This document shows, in pieces, positions 13,425-25,790 of a stretch of 64,000 nt of DNA. The position numbers and the translations under genes were made by a program. Position 1 is the first letter of the stretch, and every line of letters begins with the position of its first letter. The DNA is from Camelus dromedarius (taxonomy: Eukaryota). A model generated the notes under the pieces. That model made no database searches, was not told the DNA's origin, and saw only the letters and a list, made by a program, of their open reading frames with translations. The DNA lies in the NCBI RefSeq assembly GCF_036321535.1, contig NC_087437.1:70000001-70064000 (forward strand). The letters run 5' to 3'.

Positions 13425-13664
13425 GACATTGTATCTCAGTGGTTAAGAACTCAATCTTTAGAGAGTAAGAGTTGTGTTGAAATACAGTTCACCTGTGGTA
13501 CAACCTTGAGCAACTTCTATAAGCTCCAGTTTCTTCATTTATAAAATGAAAAAAAATATACTATCTACCACATAGAGTTGTTGGGAGGAATACTGGAAAT
13601 AATGCATGTGAACTTAGCACAGGGCCTACCCCTTAATAAGTGCTCTTTAAAGTTAGTTATTATT
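13425..13664 (+). mobile_element. MIR SINE
   Basis: gtggttaagaac...ctccagtttcttcatttataaaatg...aataagtgctc...agttattatt. Confidence 0.85.
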
Positions 13665-13693
13665 GTGATTGCTTTGGCAGCACATATACTAAA
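13665..13693 (+). pseudogene. RNU6: 3'-truncated U6 snRNA retrocopy (first ~29 nt)
   Basis: gtgattgctttggcagcacatatactaaa vs U6 GTGCTCGCTTCGGCAGCACATATACTAAA (26/29). Flanked by TSD aaagttagttattatt / aaacttagttattatt. Confidence 0.88.
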
Positions 13694-14081
13694 CTTAGTT
13701 ATTATTATTATAAAATGTATCTGTCTTCACCCTGTTGAACCCAATTTCATAATTGTTTTATTTATTAAATCAATCCTAGGTGGGAATAGATTTAACAGTA
13801 AGCATGCATTAAAGACTGAAAACATACTAACACTGGATATTAATAAGTTACAGGAGACTAGAAGGTCACATGTGCATTAGATGGCAGGTAGATGATGGTA
13901 CCAGGAGGGCAAGCTCTCTGTTTTGCTCACGATTGTATCTAAGGTGGCATACAGCGAAGAGAAAATAGTTGGTTCTTCATACATATGTGTTGAATATACT
14001 ACATAGAATCCCCCAATCTGGAACTTAAATCTAAGACTTACTGAATTCCTCAAGTTCAGTTCTCCACTTAGTAAGTTTTAC

Positions 14082-15145
14082 TAAGCTGAGCAGAGCCCTT
14101 TGAGAAGCTCGCCTAGATCTCTTCCTCATGGTGGGTCACCAGGAACTCCTCCCAATGGGTGACTGAGAGGACGGCAGTCAGTGGCTTTATGGTTAGTTGT
14201 CTTCATTCACCAGTTTGGCCTCCATCTTCACTCATAGTGATAAGAATTCTCCTTGAAAGCAGTCCAGAAGTAATGCTTTTAAATGATTATTAGTTTCAAG
14301 TAATCCCTTAGGAAAGGACATGATGCGACCATAGAAAAAGTGTTTGGAAACACCTGTATATGACAAAGTTTAAATGATTCCATATACAATTTGTCTATGA
14401 AAGTATCTTTAACATCAAAATTAAGATAATAATATATCCTCACTGATTTTCTAATTATGTGCAGGCAGCATTAACACAGGTATATAAGGAGATCTGGTTC
14501 CTAGATAAAATTGTGCAATGAAACAAATTTCCTTGGTATCCTCCACACCTTCTCCCACATCTTCAAGTTAACTATTTTTCCTCTATCTTATTACTCTTAG
14601 GAACAGTTCTCAGGCTGACAAAAATAAAAACCCACCTAATGGAGCCACACACAGGATCACCCTCTTCAAGGTTTTTCAGGGTCCAAAAGCACATTTTCTT
14701 TTTCTCCCTCCTATTCTTCCTTTGCTTATACCTCCCATTTCCTGCAACAGCTAAACAAAAAGCAATCTGATAGTCATGGTAAAAACTACACATACTGGGG
14801 TATGAATGACTGAGAAGCTCAGTATTCTCAGTGATGTATCTACTTTTAAAATATAAGCTAATTAACACACTTGAATCTCTGATTTTTGAGCTGCCAGAAT
14901 CTTAGATTTGGATATCTCATATAAGTCCACAATAGATTCCTCAAAACTTAATCACAAGGAAATGTTCATCATTTCCCCCTTCACCTTACCATGTCTTGAA
15001 GGGCAAGCAGATAGCAGCATTAATTGCCTTTGGAATCACTGCAGTCATTGTTTAGTGGTGGGTCATCACTAACATTAGCTACTCCTCCATCAGGGTAGGA
15101 TATTAAATGCCATCCAATTTTGTCAGTTCAATCTCCTCCATGCTT
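14082..15145 (-). pseudogene. Exons of the GREB1-like gene (15145-14990, plus 14394-14354 and/or 14251-14082)
   Basis: 15145-14990 (ttctctgcaaatag / gtaagg; ph2>2) reads SMEEIELTKLDGI*YPTLMEE*LMLVMTHH*TMTAVIPKAINAAICLPFKT. Either of the next two segments alone restores phase to exon 12092, so usage is ambiguous. Confidence 0.6.
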
Positions 15146-15261
15146 CTATTTGCAGAGAATTTTTCTAAGTATTATTATACATGGTTATTAAAAAATACAT
15201 ATAATAACCACATGGTCCCTTCCCTAAAGAAGGGTTAGTCAGTTTTCCAATTCCATTGTTC

Positions 15262-15601
15262 CCAGATGGTGATTAACAAAAAGTTTTTAAAAGGTCCAGA
15301 TAATAAATATTTCAGACTTTGTTGACCAAGAGCCAAAATCAAGGCTATTACGTAGGTATTTATATGACTAGAAAAAATTTCCACACATATTTTATTCATG
15401 AAATTAAAATCATTATTTATAAACACCGAAATCTTAATTACATATGCTTTTTATGTGTCACACAATATTCTTTTAATTTTTTCCCTCAACTATTTAAAAA
15501 TGTAAAAACCTTTCTTTGCTTGTGGTCCTACAAAAGCAGACTAGGAGGGGTGAGTTAGATAAGGTGGGAGGCAAGATCTGGGTGTAGTTTGTCAAAATCT
15601 G
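15262..15601 (+). mobile_element. MER58B/C-like hAT-Charlie element
   Basis: Terminal motifs aaaggtccagataataaatattt and gtagtttgtcaaaatctg. Confidence 0.6.
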
Positions 15602-15864
15602 TTTTTGGAAATACCTAACATGGAATCCATTCATCTAAGTTTCCAACTTTATGTGCTGCTGAAGCAAGCACTAAGTTCCTAACTTTAAAAGGAAATACAA
15701 TGTATTATTACATATCTTTGAGTTGGGTACCCATGATCTGCGAGATGCAATAGACAATGTACAGAGTATTTTTACCAGGACTCTCTTGAATGGTTACAAG
15801 CTACAAGGCTAAATTAAGTCAGCAGAAGCAAAAAAGGAGACGTGTTACAGGCTAAGATAAGAGG

Positions 15865-16490
15865 ATCAGTGTTAGAGGGTTGAAAGGATGAGAGAAATAG
15901 GTGAGGGTGATTTTCAAGAGGTACAAACTTCTGGTTACAAAATAATGGAATCAATGGTATGAAATATACAATGTGGGGAATACAGTTAATAATAATGTAA
16001 TATCTTTGCAATGGTGACAGATGGTCACTAGACTTACTTGGTGATAATTCTGTAATGTATAGAAATATCAAATTGCTATGTTTGTGCCCCAGGAACTAAC
16101 ATTGTGTTGTAGGTCAGTTATGCTTCAAAATGAACAAACTCACAGCAAAAGAGATCAGATTTGTGGTTACAAGAGATGGGGAGTTGTGGGGAGGGGCAAT
16201 TTGTATAAATAAGGTAAGTACTAAAGATGTAATGTACAACATGATAGACATAACTATACTGCTGTTGTTTTATGAAAGTTGTTAAGAGTAAATCCTAAGA
16301 GTTCTCATCACAAGGAAAACAGTTTTTTTTTCTTTTTCTTTTTCTTTTATTTTGTACCTATATGAGATTATGGATGTTCACTAAACTTACTGTGTTAATC
16401 ATTTCATGATGTACATAAGTCAATCATATTGTACTTCTCAAACAAACTGCTGTATGTCAACTACATCTCAATAAAACTGAAAGAAAAAAA
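15865..16490 (+). mobile_element. L1 3' UTR(s), L1MA9-like, apparently two adjoining 3' segments
   Basis: gaggtacaaacttctggttacaaaataa...; second run agatttgtggttac...catctcaataaaactgaaagaaaaaaa. Confidence 0.75.
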
Positions 16491-16605
16491 ATAGAGTCAC
16501 TGGTAGGACTGATGAGAGAGAAGGTTTCAGGTGAAACTTGAAGGACTATTAGAGTTTTCTATCCCTGTTATCTCTCTGCTTCTCTCTGAGTACAGATTCC
16601 CAGGC

Positions 16606-16918
16606 TTTTTTTTTTAACTGAAGTCAGTTACAATGTGTCAATTTCTGGTGTACAGTATAATGTCCCAGTTATACACACACACACACACATATATACAAAT
16701 ATATATTCTTTTTCATTAAAGGTTATTACAAGATATTGAATATAGTTCTCCGTGCTATATAGAAGAAATTTGTTTTTTTTTTAATCTATTTTTGTATATA
16801 GTAGTTAATATTTGCAAATCTTGAACTCCCAATTTATCCCTTCCCACCCCCTTCCCCCTGGTAACCATAAAACTATTACGTCTGCAAGTCTGTTTCTGTT
16901 TTGTAGATGAGTTCATTA
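16606..16918 (-). mobile_element. Young camelid/artiodactyl L1 3' end, 5'-truncated
   Basis: Poly-T, then ttacaatgtgtcaatttctggtgtacag...ggtaaccataa; homologous to 38450-38700. Confidence 0.85.
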
Positions 16919-17065
16919 TTCCACTCTCAGCTACTGCACAAGGGTCTTCTCCACAAGATAGAGAATATAGCTACAGACAGTATTAGGCTCACATGCCAGC
17001 TTGCCTATGTCAAGAGGATGGTTTCTCTATCTCTGGTTCAGTCTATACAATCTCAGGAAGGATCA

Positions 17066-18071
17066 CGGTAGCAGATGCTGTCAGTACTTCACCCATATCC
17101 TCTGAGGCTCAGGTCCATTTTTTTATGCACCTGTCTCCTGGTGTGCTGTCACTCTCAACAGCCAACGCCTGCATCTCTTTGTTGGAGGACTTGGCCCCAG
17201 GCAGCTGGAACTATCTTGGTCTGCCCACACAGAATGCTAGAAGTGTTTGGAAGTCTATGTCCCTGTCAGGTAGTCTTCAAACAATGACTGACAGATGTGG
17301 AAATACACCTTAGCTCCCTTACCCAAAAGTGGGGTGTAGCCTACAGTTTTCAGAGCTTTCCTATGGGAATGAAACAAAGGTATCTGTGTAGGAAAGAGTT
17401 AACATAGCAGGATTGAAACTGCTAGCCTTAAAAAGGTCCACTAGCAAGGTTGGTATCTGGGAACCTGGATTTTAGAAGGGTTTCCACACCACTCCCTGAT
17501 GAGGGTCACTGTACCTGAACAATATAGTTTATGCTGAACATATGCTTTCTTTCTGGGAGTTTGGAACTTTGGTAAGAGTCAGGCTAAGGATGCCTATGTG
17601 AATAGCCCCAAATAAAAGCCTTGGGCATTCAGCCTCTAATGAACTTCCCTGGCTGGAATATATCATACGTGTTGTCACAGTTCTTCTACTGGAGAAACTG
17701 TGTCTTGCATGACTCCACTAGAAGAGGATTCAAGAAAACCCATGCCTGCCTTCCTCTGAACCTTACCCTATACACCCCTTTCCTCTTTGCTCATTTTGCT
17801 TGGCATCCTTTCACTCAGAGATGTCAGCACAATTATATGCTGAGTCCTGTGAATCCTCCTAGTGAATCATCAAACCTGGGATTGGTCCTGGGGACCCCGA
17901 CAGTATCCTTCATAGGACCTTCCTTGACCCCACAGCCTTGCTTGGTGTTCTTCCTTCCCAAGACCACATCCTTCTCTAACTTTCCTCTGAATGTTTCTTA
18001 GACTATTTCCTAATAAAGCATTTTCACAGCACTCATCTGAGGGTCTATTCCTGGGAAAACCAATCTAAGAT
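17066..18071 (+). mobile_element. LTR16C-like ERVL solo LTR, split by MER68
   Basis: Starts gtagcagatgctgtcagtacttcacccatatcc; ends aataaagc...ctgggaaaaccaatctaaga. Confidence 0.65.
17385..17902 (+). mobile_element. MER68-like ERVL solo LTR
   Basis: TG..CA ends (tgtgtaggaaagagttaacatagcagg ... gggaccccgaca), internal aataaa, perfect 5-bp TSD gtatc (17380-17384, 17903-17907). Confidence 0.85.
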
Positions 18072-18529
18072 AGATTTCATTTCAAGCCTTAAGTAATGAC
18101 TGTGATCAGGAAAACAAGGTGTTCTGACTGACCATCCAAATCTTGACTATGTGCTCATAGGTGTGGCTAGGAAGTAAATGGCCTTTCACCAGAAGCAGGT
18201 GGAAGGGAGGGCAGGTGCTGCACAAACAGCACCTAACTCAAGTTTATGCCTTAGAAAAACGAAAAGTCACTTTATATCACAAAATTTCAATGGAACTCTG
18301 AACATTAAATCCATAAAATCCAAAGATATATTGTACTAGATTTATTACACTAAAATTCCATCATGAATTTACTGATCTTTTAAAAAATAATACTAATTAG
18401 ATGAAGTGTCACACCTGCCAGATGCATCTAGTACCCATAAGCATCTTCTCAACAGGTATTTTTCTCCTACCCTTAAAAAATGGAATCCTGGAACGTGTCC
18501 CCTTTTATGTTTTTTGTTTTCCCTAACTA

Positions 18530-19600
18530 GGGTTTCTTTTATCCATTTGTTTAACAGTCTGATTATAAAAGAAATATATTCACATGGAAAACATTTCAGA
18601 AGTTACAGATATGTGCAAAGTAAAGCACAAGTCATTCATAATCTCACCTAACAGATATAAGCATTGTTAAGGCTTTTTGATGAATGTATGTGTATCTGTT
18701 TGCTTAAAAAAAAAAAAGCTTTATATGACTAATACCATCTTGTCATTCCCCTTTTTTTAGCACTTAAAAAAAGTGTTACAGCCATCTTCCTAGGTCATAA
18801 TAACTGCACAGAAATCCACCTCATTTTTTATAATGGCCACATAATACTCTGTGTTATAACCCTCACTATTTAACTATTTCTATATTAATAATGGCATTTA
18901 GGTTGCTTCTAATTTTTCAATACCTAAATAATTATGCAGTAAAATACTATGGTACATATTTCTTTAAGAATTTGTGGTAGTATTATTGTAGGATAAATTC
19001 CTACAAGTTGATTGGCTAAAACTAAATGCATGCACATTTAAATTTTTGAAAATAATTTTGAAATTGGCTCAAAAGGCTAGACCCATTTTAATCCCCTCAC
19101 TAGTGTACAAAAGTACTGATTTCTCTGTACCTTCAGCAACATTAAGTATTTTAGGTTTCCAAAAATTTTTCCAATATGATAAGAACAAATATCTTATACT
19201 TTTAATTTGCATGTTTTGATAATCAGTGACTTTGAGTATCTTTCCAATTGTCTGCTAGTTATTGATACATCTACCTCAACATATTAACTTTTAAAATATT
19301 TTTTCCTATTTTATAAATAGACTAATAACTTTTTTACATAGGAGCACTTTATAAAATTTTTCTATTGATCATTTATCAGTCATATGTAATACAATGCTTT
19401 TCCTATTTTCATTTCTCCCTTAGTATTTTCTCCTTTAGTATTTTTAATGCAAATGTTTTTTATTCTAGACTCAAATTTTAAGTTATCTAATTTGTTCAGT
19501 TTACTCTTATGCTTTTCTCACTTTGTTGTCATGTTAACAAAGTGCTCTCCCACCTCTCCCAGCTCCATATTACAAAAACATTTTGCTGTATTTATAATAA
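18530..19600 (-). mobile_element. Old L1ME-type fragment
   Basis: Degenerate antisense L1 3' motifs (gcatttaggttgcttctaatttttc, ggataaattcctacaag, tttaatttgcat). Confidence 0.6.
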
Positions 19601-20112
19601 AATTGGTACAATGCATTCACCTTTCTCTTTGGATCACTTTATTTCTACTTTGAAGCTTCACCTTTAAAATTTGTGTCCCTTATCATCAAATCCCACTTAA
19701 TCATCACTTAGTCTAGCTAAGTACATTTCCTTCCTTTCATCTTTGCAAAGCCAATCTTCTATTCTCTTAAATTCCTTATCTGAATTTCACCCAATTTACC
19801 TAATTGGTTCTTCTCTATCCATCTAAGGTTTAAGGGAGTGAGCATGCTTTTTCAAGTGCAGATTCATTAGTTACATGCAGAGGATCAGTTCTGCCCTTTT
19901 CACATAATGCTTTCCTTTCCGGCTAAATTAATGGGGACCATGTTTCTTGCCCTATCACAGAAAAATTCCAATTTGCACTTGTGTCTCTACACTTCTCTTG
20001 TAATGAATCAAGTATGCCCCAAATTGAAGCTCTGTCCCGTCTCTACTTTTGTCTTCTCAATTGCAATCTCCCTCTTGGCTTTCTTGCTTGTATTAATGGC
20101 ACCTAGTTACCT

Positions 20113-20465
20113 AGTATATTAGTTTCCTAAAACTAAATATCACAGACTGCATGGCTCAAACAACAGAAATTTATTCTCTCACAGCTCTGGAGTCTAGGAA
20201 TCCAAAATCAATGTGTTGCAGAGTTAGTTCCTTCTGAGGGCCATTAAAGAGAAACCTGTTCCATGCCTCTCCTGGCTTCTGGTGGGTTGCTAATGGTTTT
20301 TGCCTTTCCTTGGGTTATAGAAACATCACCCCAGTCTCTGCCTTCATCTTCACATGGTATTCTCCCTGTGTGCTGTCTATGTCCAAAGTTCCTCTTTTTA
20401 TAAGGCTACCAATCATATTCCTTTAGAGGCCCACACTACTCCAGTATGACTTCATTCTGACTACA
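20113..20465 (-). mobile_element. MLT1B/C MaLR LTR
   Basis: tattagtttcct...aaacaacagaaatttattctctcacagctctggag...ccttcatcttcacatgg. Confidence 0.8.
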
Positions 20466-21089
20466 AGGATATGTTACTGTGCAGGTTAATGCTATGGGCA
20501 ATGGGGGCTGATCCAAGTGTCCTAGGAAGGGAACCTCTGAGGATCCTTGGAAAAATATGTCTCAGAAATGTGCAACTGACAGACAAAAGAGATAGATATT
20601 TATTCATAAGCTCTCAATTTTCCATCCCCTGTTTATCAAAGTTTGCCCCATTTTTGTGTCAGAATGGCTGAGCAGGTTCTGCAGGTAAGCCTCATGAAGC
20701 CTAGGAGCCCCAGATCAGGAAGTAAGAAGAAATATGAGGTGGAGATGACTTGAGATGCTGTCAGATTTTCCTTTGTGCAGCTGGTTGCTGTAGCAATGGC
20801 TGGAGTAAATGGGCAGGGTAATGTGATGGGAGATTAAGCATTAGAGGTATCCAATACAAGTAGGAAGAAATGCAGGCTTTGTCTTAAAATCAGTTATGTA
20901 TCTCTAAAGCTCATGTTTATAATTTCTGTAGAGAGACCAGGAAGTAGCCTGAAGGGAGGTCCTTTTCAGCATAGATAAGAAATTGCCAGTTTCCTGGTAC
21001 AACATTTGAAAGTTTTATTGGCCACAGTAAACATACAGAATTTATATCATTAATGCTGGTGGGGTCTTTATAAGAAATAAGGAGCACAA

Positions 21090-21530
21090 GACAAGGAGAT
21101 GTGTGTAATGAGATAAGAAAAAAGATACGTTCTGTTTGGAGAATGTTGAGTTAGAAGTGCCATAGGGCAGTTCAGATGGCAATGTTCATCAGACAGTCAG
21201 GAATTAGAGTCTAAGAGCTTAGGTATGGCCTGGAACTGAAAATTAGAAAGCCACCTATAAAAAAATGTTTTAATAAAAAAAGTCAGAAACATGGTTGGAA
21301 TTATCAGTGGAAACTAGAGAGAGAGAGAGAAAAAAAGAAAAGCTAAATAAAATAAAGTAATATTTATATTTAGAGTTTGTAAAGATGACGTATCAAAGAA
21401 TGAGTCATAAGATAGATGAAATAACTAAGGGAATCAAAAGAAGACTGGTCACAGAAGTTAAGAAAAAAGAGAATTCTTAGCAAGAGGAAGCCAAAAATGT
21501 CAAATGCTGCAGAGCTGCAAAGCAGTTAAA
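21090..21530 (-). mobile_element. L2 fragment
   Basis: gttctgtttggagaatgttgagttagaagtgcc...tgtcaaatgctgcagag. Confidence 0.6.
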
Positions 21531-21799
21531 GGAAATGAGTGTAAGTAAGTCCGCAGGTGTGGGTTGCCTATGCTAGTTAACCAAAGGGAATTGTTGGAGC
21601 AACTATCCAGATGATTCCATTAAAAAGTGTACTCACTACTGTGCTACCTGACATTTCATGTGTCACCTCAAGAAGCTTACATTACAGTTGAGAATGTAAT
21701 AACAGAAGATACAGTATCAGATAACAACATGATAAAATTATGTCTACTTAACATCTTAAGGGTTTAGAGAATTGTCTGTATAGTATATAAAGAATAGCA

Positions 21800-23675
21800 A
21801 TTGTTTCCAGTTTTGACTATTATAAATAAAGCTCCAATAAACATTGGTGCACAAGTTTTTATGTGACTGTGTCTTTACTTCTATGGCATAAACACCCAAG
21901 TGGGCAACTGCTTTTGCTATTATAAATAAAGTACAGTAAACATTGGTGTACACGTTTTTACGTGAATATGTCTTTACTTCTATGGGATAAATACCAGGTG
22001 GGCAATTGCTGGGTCACATGGTAGTTGCATGTTTTGCTTTTATAGAAACTGCCAAACTGAGTGGCCATAGCATTTTATATTTCCACCAGCAATGTATGAG
22101 TGCTCCAGGTTTTTCATATCCGTAATAGTACTTGGTTTTGCCACCACATTTTACTTTAGCCCTTCCAACAGATATGTAGTGATACTTCATTGTGGTTTTA
22201 GTTTGCATTTCCACAATGGTTAATGATGTTGAGCATCTTTTTTTATGTGCTTATCTGCCACAGTGTGAAAAATTTTGGTAAAATGTCTTTTGCCCATGTT
22301 CTCATTGAACTGTTTACTTTCAGATTGTTCAATTTTGAGAATTCCTTATGTATTCTAGATACTACATGCCCAATATGTGATTTGCAAATATTTTCTTCCA
22401 CTCTGTAGTATGTCTTTTCATTCACTTAACAGTCTTCTGTGGAGCAAAAATTTTAAATTTTGATGAAGCACAATTTATTTTTTTTCCTTTTATGGTTCAT
22501 GACTTGGTGTCAAGTCTAACAACTCTGCCTAACCTTAGATACTGAAGATTTTCTTATATGTTTATTTCTTGAAGATTTATAGTTTTACATTTAAGTCTGT
22601 GATGCATTTTGAGTTAAATTTTTCTAAAGGTGTGAGATGTATGATAAGGTTTTTTTTTGTTGTTATTATTTTATTTTACTTTATTTTTTTTGGCTAAGTC
22701 TGTCCAGTTGCTCTAGCACATTTGTTGAACAAGCCATCTTTCCTACTTTGAACTGCTTTTGTACTTCTGTCAAAAATTAGATGGGCTTATTTTTGTAGGT
22801 ATGTTTGGGTTTTTATTGTGTCCACTGATCTGTGTATCTATTCCACCACCAATGTCACACTGTCTTGATTACTGTAGCTATATAATAAATCTAGAAATTA
22901 GGTGGAATTATTCCTCCATCTTTCTTCTTCTCTTACCTATTCTACTTCTTTTGCTTTTCCATGTAAATCTTTGAATACTCTTGTTTATATCCACAAAAAG
23001 TGTAAGTGAGATTTTGATAAGAAATTACATTAAAACCATAAATGAGTTGGGGAAAGACTTGACATCTTTACTATATTAAGTCTATCAATCCATGAACTTG
23101 GTATGTCTCTTCATTTATTTAATCTCTTTTATTTCTTTCATCAGTGTTATGAAGTTTTCATCATATACATCTTGTTCATGTTTTTATAGATTTGCACTCA
23201 AGTGCATTAGCTTTTCAGACATTATAAATGATATTGCATTTTTAATTTCAGTGTCCATGTGGTCATTGCTAGTATACAGAAATACAATTGATTTAGCATA
23301 TTATTCTGTATTCTGTGATGTTGCTAAATTCACTTAGATCTAGAGTTTTGTTTTATTCTTTTGTGGATTCCCTACATAGATAATTATGCCATCTGCAAGT
23401 AGGGGCAGTTTTATCTCTTCCTTTCTGATCTGTATTCGTTTTATTTCCTTTTCTTGTCATAATGCGCTTGATACAACTTCTACGCTATGTTGGATTAAGA
23501 GTGGCGAGAGTGGACATTCTTGCCTTGTTCCTGGATCTTAGTGGGTAGGCATCCAGTCTTTCACCATTAGACATAATGGTAGCTGTGGGCTTTTTTTGTT
23601 AATTCTCTTTATCAAGTTGAGGAAATTCTTTATTCCAAGTTTTTGAAGAGGTTCTATCATGAATGGATATTGAAT
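21800..23675 (-). mobile_element. L1 (L1MB/MC-type) ORF2 3' half, degenerate
   Basis: Track ORFs 22014..22214 (MEMQTKTTMKYHY..LIHCWW) and 22243..22425 match the L1 ORF2 C-terminus. Confidence 0.88.
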
Positions 23676-23704
23676 AAGTTCCTTAATTTAAAATATCCTT
23701 TACT

Positions 23705-24060
23705 GAGGGCAGAGCCAAGATGGCGTAATAGAGAGACTCATAGCTCACCCTCTCCCACAAATACACCAAGAATTACATCTACAAATCCATTGAATCACAC
23801 AGAACACCTACTGAACTCTAGCAGACTGTTTCTCATTTTGAAATACAGGAGGAATAAATTCTCACAAAATCCAATAAACAACAAGTTTATACTGTATATC
23901 ACAGGGAACCATATTTAATATCTTGTAACCTATGGTGAAAAAGAATATGAGAATGAATGTATGTATGTTCCTATGTGACTGAAGTATTGTGCTGTACACT
24001 ATAAACTGACACAACATTGTAAACTGACTACTTCAATAAACATATATTAAAAATATAAAA
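23705..24060 (+). mobile_element. 356-bp bipartite L1 (5' UTR head joined to 3' UTR tail), probable spliced retrocopy
   Basis: Begins gagggcagagccaagatggcg (L1 5' end). From ~23873 homologous to the L1 3' UTR at 38527-38695. aataaa and A tail. TSD taaaatatcctt(t)act at 23689-23704 and 24061-24075. Confidence 0.85.
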
Positions 24061-24744
24061 TAAAATATCCTTACTTATTCACATACTTGGGCCCTTTTCA
24101 GTTTTACATTATTACAAAAATACTTGAGGAAAATCTCAAGGCAAAGGAGAGACTTGAGGAGGATAGATGGCAGGAAGAAAAGAACAAACTCAAGTGAGAG
24201 GAATACTGTGAGCAGTGTCTTAGGAAAAACAAATCACTGAGGGGAAGAAGAGAGATGTAATTTTATTTTTGTTCAGGTTGACTGTGTATACATCTAATTG
24301 ACTGTCTGTAAGATGCCACTGTATTTAGCCTGCTTTGTCTTCAGAGCTTCCCCAAACCATACGATCTCAGATGAGTCAATGAAACAGAATGACCTAATAG
24401 GAAGACAATGGAATGGGGACCTAAAAGATAAAGGATGGGCACTATTACCGCCGTTTACTGGGTAGTGCCTTTGTTAAGACCCCTGTTCTGTCTTATCCAC
24501 TGCTTCAGTATCAGAAAGACAGTGCAGTGATAAAAAACTCAACCTGCAGGATTCTTAAGAATATCAATTGAGGTATTTTAATTAAACACAGGTTATATTG
24601 TCAAAACATTTTATCAATTATTTGCCCATTTTCAAAAATATTTGTCATTATTCAGGGTCTTTTATGTTTCAAAAGATTGCTCAGTTTTTAATTTATATAT
24701 TTTTTCAAATCTAAAACATACAAATTAAGTCTTTCAAACAACAT

Positions 24745-25105
24745 GAAATGCAATTAACTTATAAAAATTTGCACATATTTAACATATTCACCTTGATGAG
24801 TTTAGATGTACACATACACCCATGATGCCATCACCACAATCAAGGTACTAAGCATATTCATCACCTCCAAACACTTCCTTGTGTTTGTGTGTGTGTGTGT
24901 TGGGGAGGTATGATAAAAACACTTAACGTGAGATATATTCTTTTAACATATTTTAAAGTACACAAGTACACAATATTGCATTGTTAACTATAGGTACTAC
25001 ATTGTACAGAAAATCTCTAGTAGAACTAACTCATCTTGCGTAACTAAAACTTTATACTCTTTGAGCAATAGTTCATCATTTCCCTTCTCCTTCCAGCCCC
25101 TGGTA
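24745..25105 (-). mobile_element. L1MA8/9-like 3' end
   Basis: catcaccacaatcaaggtact...ttgttaactataggtact...ccagcccctgg. Confidence 0.75.
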
Positions 25106-25572
25106 CAAAATAGAAATTTGACAATAATAGAAAAGGTATATTGATTATTCTATATTCTTTCCCCAGTGTTTTATTATTTTATTTTGGTTTCTTTAACATT
25201 TTCAATATTTCATTGTCTGAGAGTTTAGACTCCCCCTGCCCCCAATTAATGTTACATGCTATTATCATGAGCTAATAGAGCTAACTCTCTTTTAAGGAAA
25301 CTTGTTTAAATTGGTCTGTATGTAAGATACAGATTCTTTCAAAAGCCACTTTCTCAAAGACATTCTTAATGAAGCAGTTTGTAAAAGAGACAACAGAAAA
25401 AGTAAGTGCTCTCCATGTAAAATAAATCATAGCAACTTTCAACTATAAAGGGGTAGTATTGGAGCAGGGGGTTGTTTTGTTCTTTGGTAGAATACATATT
25501 TTCATCTTCTGTTTAGAGACAGTCTAGTTCTGGGACAAGTCTTATAGTCTCTGTACAGACATTATAGTTTGC

Positions 25573-25700
25573 CCTTTCTTTCCCTTCCTCCCCCTCTCCC
25601 TTCCTCCCTCCCTCTTCTCTTTCTGTCTCTGTTTTCTTCCTCCCTTCCTTCCTCCCTTCCTTCTTCCCTCCCTTCCTCCTTCCCTTCCTCCCTCCCTCCC

Positions 25701-25776
<76 letters not shown>

Positions 25777-25790
25777 TTTCTTTCTGCTTT
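25573..25790. repeat. Polypyrimidine tract: (CCTT)n/(CTTT)n
   Basis: Direct observation; ~18 TTTC units at 25702-25775. Confidence 0.97.
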
